Source of the DNA: an uncultured Candidatus Saccharibacteria bacterium | Lineage (GTDB): Bacteria; Patescibacteriota; Minisyncoccia; Phycocordibacterales; Phycocordibacteraceae | DNA length: 64,000 bases | NCBI GenBank assembly: GCA_964546795.1 | Contig: CAZJKG010000004.1 | Coordinates: 18,994-82,993, forward strand | Reading direction: 5' to 3' | Shown here: in pieces, positions 36,825 to 44,516 of the stretch | How positions within the stretch are numbered: the stretch's first letter is position 1 | Layout of the letters: the number at the start of each line of letters is the position of its first letter | Translations under genes and position numbers: made by a program | The notes under the pieces: generated by a model | What the model saw: the letters and a program-made list of their open reading frames with translations, nothing else | Told to the model about the DNA's origin: nothing | The model's database searches: none

Positions 36825-36842
36825 TTCATGCACCTCTACATA

Positions 36843-37439
36843 CTAACGGAGTTCTTTCATTCTTTCAATTTCGCCGATCAAAATATTACGTAATTTTTTA
36901 TTATTAAAATAAACAGTGAGCACTCCATGCTTGGACTTCGTCCGGTAAGTTCCGATACTACCAGAGCGAGTATTGATAATTTTATAGAACTGTCGTGGGG
37001 AAACTTTGAGAAAACGCTGCCAGAATTGTTCTTCTTTCACCTGATCCATATCGCGAAAAATTTGCAGGCCGAAACGAAGACGAGATTCATCAATAGCGTA
37101 AGCTTTTCTTAAAAAGAGGATGAAAGACCGTACTAGATAAGGATCGGTATTGCCAAGTCGTACGGATGTTGGGTTCATTTTAGTACCTTCACCCCAATAT
37201 AAACCGAGACCAAGACCGAAAAGAAATGATTCTTTATTTGTTCGGTGGATTTGAAGCGAAAAAGGATCTCCATGTGGATTGTGTTTCGTATATATCGCCT
37301 CGCTAATCGAACGCTTTGAAATAGAATATTTATCTAGCCAATAATTTATCTTTCCATCGGAACAATGAAATGCTTGAGCGATATCGTGCACCGATTTTCG
37401 ATCGCGAATGTACCAATGCTCCAACAATTTCTTATTCAT
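36843..37439 (-). CDS. LAGLIDADG-type homing-endonuclease-like protein with N-terminal HTH, free-standing
   Basis: FLFGLGLGLYWGEGTK is a LAGLIDADG-motif variant. N-terminal HTH-like segment (SVHDIAQAFHCSDGKINYWL). Paralog of 61048..61815. Lies immediately upstream of the intron-containing tRNA-Thr. Confidence 0.65.
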   Translation of the reverse strand: MNKKLLEHWYIRDRKSVHDIAQAFHCSDGKINYWLDKYSISKRSISEAIYTKHNPHGDPFSLQIHRTNKESFLFGLGLGLYWGEGTKMNPTSVRLGNTDPYLVRSFILFLRKAYAIDESRLRFGLQIFRDMDQVKEEQFWQRFLKVSPRQFYKIINTRSGSIGTYRTKSKHGVLTVYFNNKKLRNILIGEIERMKELR

Positions 37440-37502
37440 TACTGCTAGTATCCCAACTATGATCTATTTAGTAAAGTAGTACCTGTGGATATATAAACTC
37501 TA

Positions 37503-37832
37503 CTAATACAGCAACACCCCAATCACGACCACGCTGTTGAAAACAGCCATAAGCATGTTCGCGAAGAAAATATGTTTGTCTTTATGCACGGCGCCATATG
37601 TCGCCCAAAGCGTGTTAAATAAAATGAAAAGAAGCCAAGTCGGAAGCGCTAGTCCGGCACCGCTCTTCGTCGTATAGATTTGCAGGATTTGCGGCACGAG
37701 CGCCAGTGGCGCGAAGATGCCGACGCCGTACATAACATAATCAAGAGTGCGTTTCCACGCATTCTTAGATGGAAACGGTTCAAGACCATTTGTAGCACGA
37801 ATACGCGCCCCTATGTGGTGAAAACCGAGCAT
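37503..37832 (-). CDS. SemiSWEET / PQ-loop small transporter
   Basis: About 109 aa with three TM helices and the PQ motif LALVPQILQIY. Confidence 0.6.
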   Translation of the reverse strand: MLGFHHIGARIRATNGLEPFPSKNAWKRTLDYVMYGVGIFAPLALVPQILQIYTTKSGAGLALPTWLLFILFNTLWATYGAVHKDKHIFFANMLMAVFNSVVVIGVLLY

Positions 37833-37910
37833 GGATTAAGAGCTTCTTGTAAATATAGCACGACAAAACTCTCGCATCACGAGAAAAAATCTTTTTGGGG
37901 AAATACGGTG

Positions 37911-37984
37911 CGCGAGAGACGGGACTTGAACCCGCAACCTCCGCCGTGACAGGGCGGCGCTCTAACCAGTTGAGCTACTCCCGC
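37911..37984 (-). tRNA. tRNA-Asp (GUC)
   Basis: Acceptor GCGGGAG/CUCUCGC (G4:U69); D arm GCUC-AACUGGUUA-GAGC; anticodon stem CCGCC/GGCGG; loop CUGUCAC; T arm GCGGG-UUCAAGU-CCCGU; discriminator G. Confidence 0.85.
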
Positions 37985-38158
37985 AAGCGAGGAGAAATCT
38001 ACAAGCTCGCTTGTATGTTCTCCGAGCGCAGCGGGAGCAAGCTTGCCTCAAGCTTACTACCGCAGCATTCGGATGTATCCTACCAAAATCCTTTAAAAAT
38101 GTCGTGTGCGACCAAGAAAACAAGGAGCGGAGCGATTATGTTTTCTGAAGTACTCTTG

Positions 38159-38235
38159 TGGTGCCGGCGGAAGGACTTGCACCTTCGACCTTGGCTTTAT
38201 GAATGCCATGCTCTAACTACCTGAGCTACGCCGGC
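38159..38235 (-). tRNA. tRNA-Met (CAU), elongator type; CCA encoded
   Basis: Acceptor GCCGGCG/CGCCGGC (G1-C72); D arm GCUC-AGGUAGUUA-GAGC; anticodon stem UGGCA/AGCCA; loop UUCAUAA; T arm GAAGG-UGCAAGU-CCUUC; A73 then CCA. Confidence 0.8.
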
Positions 38236-38344
38236 GAGTGAGGGCACATGGAATATATGTCTGCATATATTCCATGCTTCCCGAACGAGCCAAACGAACG
38301 GCTCGCTCCACAGACAGTAACAAAAGCATCCCTTTGAGACAATG

Positions 38345-39883
38345 TTAGGCGGCAAGACCGGGGAAAAAATCTGTTTTAATGGCGAAGCGCGAAATACCAA
38401 GATTGATAAGCACGACTTTCATCACGTCCACCATGCCGGGCGGGCCGGAGACATAGAACAGACGTTCGGCATAATCGGGAACTTCCTTTTTTATGAGCTC
38501 GGCATCAATGAATCCCTGATGGGTGCCGGGGAGGATTGGGGTTTCGCCAGAAATAACATAGACGGTACGCCAGCCGAATCGTCCCGCATTCGTGAACACG
38601 TCCTGATAGGCGATCTCGTCTGTTTTGCGACTGGAATAGAGCAATATTGCGTCACGCGACTCTCCCGCAGCTATGCAATGCCGCGCCATGCTGGCAAAGG
38701 GCGTTACACCGATACCGCCTGCAATGAAAACAAGTTTGCGTTCCTTATTTTCCGGCATTGTGAATTCGCCCGCAAGCGCGGTGGCGGAAATAACTCCCCC
38801 TACGGGAAGCTCCGCGAGCGTGCGCTTGAATGCACTCGGTTTGTCGTAGAAACGTACTCCGAGCGCAAGCATCATACTCTCGGGTGCCGACGCGATGGTG
38901 AAGAATCGACGATTGCCGCGGGTATCATTCGGCACCGAACCCAGCGTCCATTCAAGATATTGCCCGGGTGAAAAACTGAGTTGGCGATTGCTACGGAACA
39001 TATATTCGTAGATACCACTCGCGAGGGGATGGCGTTCAACGAGAGAAAGCGTATAGCGTCCCTTCGGACTCACGACATAGGAGAACAGATTTCCCACGAT
39101 GAGGGAGAATTCGGGAGAAAAATAGAAAGAACCGATATGCGGTGCCTGTATAAAGAGAGTGCCGATCAAGACGCCGTAGACAACGCGGAGCACGCGCGTG
39201 GGCGGCGTCGTGAGCGGCTCGGTGAGCATCACGAATGCGAAGAAGAATAAGACGGAATAGAGGAGCGTGGCTTGTATTCCGGCAATGGGATTGGAAGAGG
39301 TGAACGCAACGGCGGCGAGGGCGGCAATACCAAACGAGAGTACGAGGTCAAAACGTCGCAGTTTGTAAACGACGATCAATCCGCCGACAACAACAAAGGG
39401 GAGAAGTGCGGTATTCCCTGCGACCCACCACGACGCGGAAACACCGAGTACGAATGTAGAGAGTACCGCGGCGAGCGCGGCTGGATTGAATACATGTTTC
39501 TTCCATGGAGCAATGAGATATTTTGGTGCGATCGCCAGTAGCGCAATCACCGCAAGTCCTGCGGTTCCCACTGCATCGGTGGGCATGACCGACGGCATAA
39601 TGAGCGTAAGTATGAATGCCGTAATATAGATGGATTCAGTATTGGTGACTGCACAAAACATCCAAGCAAAGAAAGTGTTGGCCGCCCGTGACGCGGTTAT
39701 AAGAACCCCAGCCGACCAGAAAAGTGCGATTGGAGAATAAGGCAAGACACCAATTGCGCCAAAACAGAGCGCGGCGACAAAAAGCACGAGCAGATAATAG
39801 AGCATCAACCGATACGTCGTCGTACGGTCTATGAACTCTTTCAGTACTTTCTCTCCCCAGACGAAAGTGTTATTCCCCGGCAT
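38345..39883 (-). CDS. Membrane-bound FAD/NAD(P)-binding oxidoreductase (ferredoxin-NADP reductase-like C-terminal domain fused to a polytopic membrane domain)
   Basis: About 300 aa of TM helices, then RRFFTIAS (RxYS-type FAD site) and GGIGVTPFASMARH (NAD(P)-binding GxGxxP). Confidence 0.65.
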   Translation of the reverse strand: MPGNNTFVWGEKVLKEFIDRTTTYRLMLYYLLVLFVAALCFGAIGVLPYSPIALFWSAGVLITASRAANTFFAWMFCAVTNTESIYITAFILTLIMPSVMPTDAVGTAGLAVIALLAIAPKYLIAPWKKHVFNPAALAAVLSTFVLGVSASWWVAGNTALLPFVVVGGLIVVYKLRRFDLVLSFGIAALAAVAFTSSNPIAGIQATLLYSVLFFFAFVMLTEPLTTPPTRVLRVVYGVLIGTLFIQAPHIGSFYFSPEFSLIVGNLFSYVVSPKGRYTLSLVERHPLASGIYEYMFRSNRQLSFSPGQYLEWTLGSVPNDTRGNRRFFTIASAPESMMLALGVRFYDKPSAFKRTLAELPVGGVISATALAGEFTMPENKERKLVFIAGGIGVTPFASMARHCIAAGESRDAILLYSSRKTDEIAYQDVFTNAGRFGWRTVYVISGETPILPGTHQGFIDAELIKKEVPDYAERLFYVSGPPGMVDVMKVVLINLGISRFAIKTDFFPGLAA

Positions 39884-39902
39884 TATACCCTACTATAGCA
39901 GT

Positions 39903-40904
39903 ATGATTCATTATTTTGGGGGCGAACCGTGGGAAACGGATTATGTGCGCGCGAAGCTCCCAAACGAAAACATTGTTTTCCATGATGGCTCTATCGCGGC
40001 ACACCCGGACGCTGCGGATTCTAACGCATCGATGCTCTGCATCTTTGTAGAGGCACACGTCGGCGAGGACGAGCTCAAGCGATTTCCCGCCGTGAAGCTC
40101 ATCGCAACCCGGTCAACCGGCTTTGATCATATTGACCTAAGCGCGGCGGCCGCGCGCGGTATCACCGTGGTAAATGTTCCCTCGTATGGCGAGAACACCG
40201 TCGCCGAATTCGCGTTCGCACTCCTCCTCGCGCTCTCACGCCGCATTATTGACGCCGATGAGCGCGTGCGCGAGACCGGCACCTTCTCGCCGAGCGGGCT
40301 ACGTGGCTTTGACCTCGCCGGGAAAACCATCGGCGTCATCGGCACCGGTCATATCGGCATTCATGTTGTCCGTATGGCACAGGGCTTTGGCATGAAAGTC
40401 ATCGCATGCGATCCCTACCCGAATACGGAACTCGCCCGAACACTTCATTTTAACTACGTTCCTCTTGGTGATTTGCTTGCGGCCTCCGATATCGTCACTA
40501 TCCATGTCCCCTACAACAAACAAACGCATCATCTCATCAATAAAGAGAATATAAGGAACATAAAGAAAGGTGCCTATATCATAAATACCGCTCGCGGTGC
40601 GGTCATGGAAACACAGGCGCTTATCGAAGCACTGGAGAGCGGAATAGTCGCAGGTGCCGGACTTGACGTGCTGGAGGAGGAAGGTCAGCTAGCGGAAGAA
40701 GTGGCGCTTCTGACCGCACCACATCCAAATGAAGAAGGCCTCAAAATGGTGCTCGAAAATCACTATCTTATCAGCCATCCGCGCGTCATCGTGACGCCGC
40801 ACTTGGCATTCAATACGACGGAGGCCGTAGAGCGCATCCTCGATACGACCATAGAGAATATAGAGAACTTCAGAGCCGGCTTGCCGACCAACATCGTTAC
40901 ATAG
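39903..40904 (+). CDS. D-isomer-specific 2-hydroxyacid dehydrogenase
   Basis: GKTIGVIGTGHIGIHVVRMAQGFGMKVIACD Rossmann motif; catalytic region ...ARGAVMET...; typical length. Start moved to the internal Met to avoid overlap with the upstream gene. Confidence 0.85.
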   Translation: MIHYFGGEPWETDYVRAKLPNENIVFHDGSIAAHPDAADSNASMLCIFVEAHVGEDELKRFPAVKLIATRSTGFDHIDLSAAAARGITVVNVPSYGENTVAEFAFALLLALSRRIIDADERVRETGTFSPSGLRGFDLAGKTIGVIGTGHIGIHVVRMAQGFGMKVIACDPYPNTELARTLHFNYVPLGDLLAASDIVTIHVPYNKQTHHLINKENIRNIKKGAYIINTARGAVMETQALIEALESGIVAGAGLDVLEEEGQLAEEVALLTAPHPNEEGLKMVLENHYLISHPRVIVTPHLAFNTTEAVERILDTTIENIENFRAGLPTNIVT

Positions 40905-40952
40905 GGCTATATACAGATACCTGCACATACGCATGCGTGCAATATGGTGACC

Positions 40953-41000
40953 GAAGCCATCCACAACTTGTAGCTATAGCGACAAGTTGTGGATGGCTTC
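40953..41000. repeat. Palindromic repeat, copy 1 (48 bp, one mismatch)
   Basis: gaagccatccacaacttgtagctatagcgacaagttgtggatggcttc. Core shared with copies 2 and 3: tccacaacttgtagctatagc(t)acaagttgtgga. Confidence 0.9.
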
Positions 41001-41021
41001 TGTTTTCATCTATCATCTATT

Positions 41022-41606
41022 TTATTCAAAAGGGAGTGCAAAATACTCGCGCAAGTACTTGTCGCGTTCGAGACGTTCGACAATCATATACAATACATCG
41101 GCACCGATACGGAAATTAGTTTTCACCAAGGCGATGAGATCTTCACAATCATACGGATAGATCCACACGCTGTCCTGAAGTCGTACGAATCCGTATTCCC
41201 CCATAAAACGTCGGAGACGGGTTCGTATGCTTTTGCGTTTCTCAGGAATATCAAATATGACCACTCGCCATCGTCGATCCCATTTTTTCTTTTCTTCCAT
41301 TATTCCTCGCTCGGTTTCTATCTGGAGCATTCGTTTCCCTTTTTCAGTTATACGTGCATAACGTTTACCGTTTTCTTCTACAAACACGACGCATCCTTTT
41401 GCTGCAAGGCGCCCGAGTGCGGACTTTGCTTGATAGTTAAATTTCGCACCTTTTTTGTATCCAGGAAAATATTTGAGGAGCCGGACGGCGTTCGGCATCG
41501 TTGCAGCAATCAACACCACTCCGCCGACCGCAGCCGCAGCAAGCAACGTCTGTTGAAATATGCCCCATCTTCTTTCCCTTTTTACATCCTTTTCCATCAT
41601 TCCCAT
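41022..41606 (-). CDS. PaaX-like transcriptional regulator (wHTH plus Cas2-fold PaaX_C-like domain)
   Basis: wHTH-like LGRLAAKGCVVFVEENGKRYARITEKGKRML. C-terminal W..VVIFDIPEKRKSIRTRLRRFMGEYGFVRLQDSVWIYP matches the PaaX C-terminal/Cas2-like pattern. Flanked on both sides by the palindromic repeat. Confidence 0.5.
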   Translation of the reverse strand: MGMMEKDVKRERRWGIFQQTLLAAAAVGGVVLIAATMPNAVRLLKYFPGYKKGAKFNYQAKSALGRLAAKGCVVFVEENGKRYARITEKGKRMLQIETERGIMEEKKKWDRRWRVVIFDIPEKRKSIRTRLRRFMGEYGFVRLQDSVWIYPYDCEDLIALVKTNFRIGADVLYMIVERLERDKYLREYFALPFE

Positions 41607-41626
41607 CCGACTATTCTACCGCTCAC

Positions 41627-41668
41627 ACTATCCACAACTTGTAGCTATAGCTACAAGTTGTGGATAGT
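41627..41668. repeat. Palindromic repeat, copy 2 (42 bp, perfect)
   Basis: actatccacaacttgtagctatagctacaagttgtggatagt, located 21 bp upstream of the PaaX-like start codon. Confidence 0.9.
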
Positions 41669-41843
41669 ACGCATAGATTAGATTAATATGGCGTGAATGG
41701 ATAGAATGTTCGACAGAATCTAAATGGGCTGGAAGAAGATCTGGGTCACATTGATGTGGATGATGGATAGTAGGAATGCTGTATGTAAAATGTAGGGGTT
41801 TTGGTTCCTATGACACTTTGAGATGATGTTCCCAGATGGTTGT

Positions 41844-41875
41844 CTCGGATTTTTGCCTACAGGCGAAAATCCGAG
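41844..41875. other. Hairpin-forming inverted repeat between palindrome copies 2 and 3
   Basis: ctcggatttttgcctacaggcgaaaatccgag: 10/11 complementary arms and a self-complementary loop. Confidence 0.6.
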
Positions 41876-41909
41876 GCAGATGTGAACATGCAATGTACGT
41901 GTGATGACT

Positions 41910-41945
41910 ATCAACAACTTGTAGCTATAGCTACAAGTTGTGGAT
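41910..41945. repeat. Palindromic repeat, copy 3 (36 bp, one mismatch)
   Basis: atcaacaacttgtagctatagctacaagttgtggat. Confidence 0.9.
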
Positions 41946-42030
41946 GGTTGTACTAACTTAGTGAATGAGTATGGCTTGGGGGTATAAAAGAGAGCCGCCG
42001 CGTCGGGAGACGCGGCGAGTTAGAACGGTT

Positions 42031-42714
42031 TTATGTGCTTTGCTTTGATTCGTCCGGCTGCTTTTTGATTTGCTCAGCCGGCTTCTGTTCGCTTGGCTTC
42101 TTCTGTACTTGCTGGAAAATCGAGAAGGTAAAGACCCGATATGGAAGTATCATTTGGGCGAATTCCTCCGGGGTAATCGTCTCGTTTGCAGCGGCTTTGT
42201 CGATCCATGCATATACCAGTACATCTGGTTTTGGTATGAACACCATACCGAAGAAGTTTTGGTCACCGCGCGTTACGTAACGAAGCGAATCCGTTGCGAC
42301 TGCACCAGAACGAAGTTCACCCATAATGTGCCAACCGCGTAATTTTTCTTTTGCACTGGAAGAGAAGACGAAAATGGTTGTGAATTGAACCTCCTTTTCT
42401 TTTCCATCTTCCCCCACGATCAGCCGCGAACCGATTTGTTCCAGGTATACCGCTTTGTCCGCCGGTGGATTCTTCCAGAGATTGCGAATAAACGTCACTG
42501 CGCTGTCCCCAGAATTGATACTCGGGATACCTGCTCCCCGGTACATTCTGTCACCGTTGATGCTAAGAATCACGAGATTTTTTGTAATCGAACCTTCAGG
42601 AAGAAAAATCGCTCTGGGAGACACTTTTTCGATCCCTTGTTTCGGTTCCGAGGCGCATCCCGCACCGAATATCACCAGAAACAGAACGAGCGCTGGCTGT
42701 AGCATGGGAATCAC
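42031..42714 (-). CDS. Lipoprotein (hypothetical)
   Basis: Signal peptide with lipobox VIFGAGC; C-terminal Lys/Gln/Pro-rich tail. Confidence 0.55.
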   Translation of the reverse strand: MIPMLQPALVLFLVIFGAGCASEPKQGIEKVSPRAIFLPEGSITKNLVILSINGDRMYRGAGIPSINSGDSAVTFIRNLWKNPPADKAVYLEQIGSRLIVGEDGKEKEVQFTTIFVFSSSAKEKLRGWHIMGELRSGAVATDSLRYVTRGDQNFFGMVFIPKPDVLVYAWIDKAAANETITPEEFAQMILPYRVFTFSIFQQVQKKPSEQKPAEQIKKQPDESKQST

Positions 42715-42838
42715 CCCCTTTGTTTTGCGAAGTTATGAAGGACCAAAAGCACCTGCGATTACCGTACACCTAGATAGATAAAAAGTCAATAGTTATCAAC
42801 AAGATGCCAGAAAACCCTTATTCTTCAACATTTTTTGC

Positions 42839-44092
42839 CTAACCCGTTACCTCAAATGTGGTATTGAGCTTCGGTAGGAGTTTTTCAATGGGTTCGTACT
42901 TGAGTTTGAAATCAGCGTACAATTTCTTGAATTTCGTTCCCATGAGTCCCGCAAGGCAATTGTCCACGAATTCCAGAGGTGCTTCCTCGCAGAGCTTTGC
43001 GTATCCGGTCAGGCGTTCAATATCGGTCACAGAAGAAGTGTATTCGCCGCTGCTGTATTCGGAATCAATGAAGAGGCCAATCCCGCCACCAATGCCGATG
43101 TAGCAGTGTGTGCGGAGATCGGATGTGTTGGATACCCCAAGTGCCTCTATTTGGCGTATGACATCGGTGCAAATGCTATTCCCCGCTGCGAAATTAGTAT
43201 CCAGGAACCGCGGGGCACCCTCGTTAATACCTATGCGGTACAGGAGGAAAGCGAAACAATTCTCGCGGTTCTCTTCCGATATTGTGCTACACTCGCGGAA
43301 TTGCGAGGCAAATCCGTCGGGTGAGAATTCTGAGAAGAGAAATAGATTATGGCCGACTCCCGTGTAACACTGACGTATCAAGTCAGGTTTGGATATCGGA
43401 ATGATCTCTTCGCATTCTTCAAATGGAGCGTTCAGGTCGGTCGAGGATGATACGGCATACCGATACGTTTTCGGATAGGTAAGACCATAGTCACGTTCGG
43501 AAACCGAATCAATAATCTTCAGAACCGAGTACGTATGCTTGTCGTGGAGCAGATGTCCTATTTCGTGGGAGCACTGGTTTTCCTGCCCTTGCGGGCATAC
43601 GTCATAGAAGGACTTTAGGAGCGCTGTAGAATATCCATCCGCAAGCGCAAGCCGCTTATACACGCCCATAGTGTATCCCGCGGTGCATTTCCCAGAATTA
43701 TAGGAAAGGAGTTCCTGAAGCGGCTTGTCCCCGGCATGTGTCGCCGCAAAATCACCCACCGCATGATAGAACGTGTGGCAATTGGTGCCGAAAATCGCAT
43801 AGGCCTGATTGTCCACCGTCTTGAGGGATAGTTCGGTATTTTTCTCCAGAGTCCGGACGTATTGTCCAGTATCATCCGCCTGGGGAAAATGGTTCTCAAG
43901 AGTGACACGGTAACATGAGAACCGGAGGTGTGGCTTTGCCCTGTTGCAAGAGTAGACATCTTTCTCAAATGTATGAGTAGTTGTAGCGTAAAAGTAGAAG
44001 GAAGTTCCAAAAGAGATGATGAGAATAAAAACAAAGAAATATATTCTATGTGGGGATAGGGCCATGTCTAACATGCTCCACATACCACGCAT
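42839..44092 (-). CDS. Membrane-anchored Cys-rich zinc metalloprotease (HEXXH)
   Basis: N-terminal TM (IYFFVFILIISF); HEIGHLLHD zinc-binding motif; about 20 cysteines, suggesting an extracellular disulfide-rich fold. Co-oriented directly downstream of the giant surface-protein gene. Confidence 0.55.
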   Translation of the reverse strand: MRGMWSMLDMALSPHRIYFFVFILIISFGTSFYFYATTTHTFEKDVYSCNRAKPHLRFSCYRVTLENHFPQADDTGQYVRTLEKNTELSLKTVDNQAYAIFGTNCHTFYHAVGDFAATHAGDKPLQELLSYNSGKCTAGYTMGVYKRLALADGYSTALLKSFYDVCPQGQENQCSHEIGHLLHDKHTYSVLKIIDSVSERDYGLTYPKTYRYAVSSSTDLNAPFEECEEIIPISKPDLIRQCYTGVGHNLFLFSEFSPDGFASQFRECSTISEENRENCFAFLLYRIGINEGAPRFLDTNFAAGNSICTDVIRQIEALGVSNTSDLRTHCYIGIGGGIGLFIDSEYSSGEYTSSVTDIERLTGYAKLCEEAPLEFVDNCLAGLMGTKFKKLYADFKLKYEPIEKLLPKLNTTFEVTG

Positions 44093-44095
44093 CTA

Positions 44096-44512
44096 TTATC
44101 GCGGAGGTAATTCAAATGCGTCAGGCGGAATAAATAGATTCTGTGACATGGTTTCCAACTGTTCCTTGACTGTCGGGTTGGTATTCACGCGGGGGTCAAT
44201 GAGTGCGGTGGGCGTCTGAGATGCTCGTACATCTGCCATTTTCTTTTTCTCTTCAAGAACCGGTTTTTCTTCTTCCAGTGCTGCGCCAAATTCCTGTGTT
44301 TGCGTATTAATCTCCTCGACGGCGGCCGGGGAAAATACCCGTTCCTCGTAGTGTCCCTCCGGGTTCACAGATACGCGACGCGTGGCGTACCACGTACCGA
44401 GCACGATAAGAAAAAGTAGGGCAAGGACACCAAGCCCTACTGTGAGACGCTCTTTCGGAGTATATCGCTCGATTATCTTATGAAATTGTCCTGTAAAGGT
44501 GTCGTAATTCAT
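44096..44512 (-). CDS. Single-pass membrane protein (hypothetical)
   Basis: One TM helix (LTVGLGVLALLFLIVLGTWYA) followed by a charged extracytoplasmic tail. Lies between the giant gene and the metalloprotease. Confidence 0.45.
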   Translation of the reverse strand: MNYDTFTGQFHKIIERYTPKERLTVGLGVLALLFLIVLGTWYATRRVSVNPEGHYEERVFSPAAVEEINTQTQEFGAALEEEKPVLEEKKKMADVRASQTPTALIDPRVNTNPTVKEQLETMSQNLFIPPDAFELPPR

Positions 44513-44516
44513 AGCT

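Noticed and set aside
40953-41945. Considered whether the three copies of the palindromic repeat could be a CRISPR array
   Set aside because: The repeats are perfect palindromes rather than direct repeats. There are only three, and they are spaced about 630 bp and about 240 bp apart, with a full-length gene in one of the spacers. No cas genes are adjacent: the neighbouring gene has a Cas2-like fold but the PaaX architecture.
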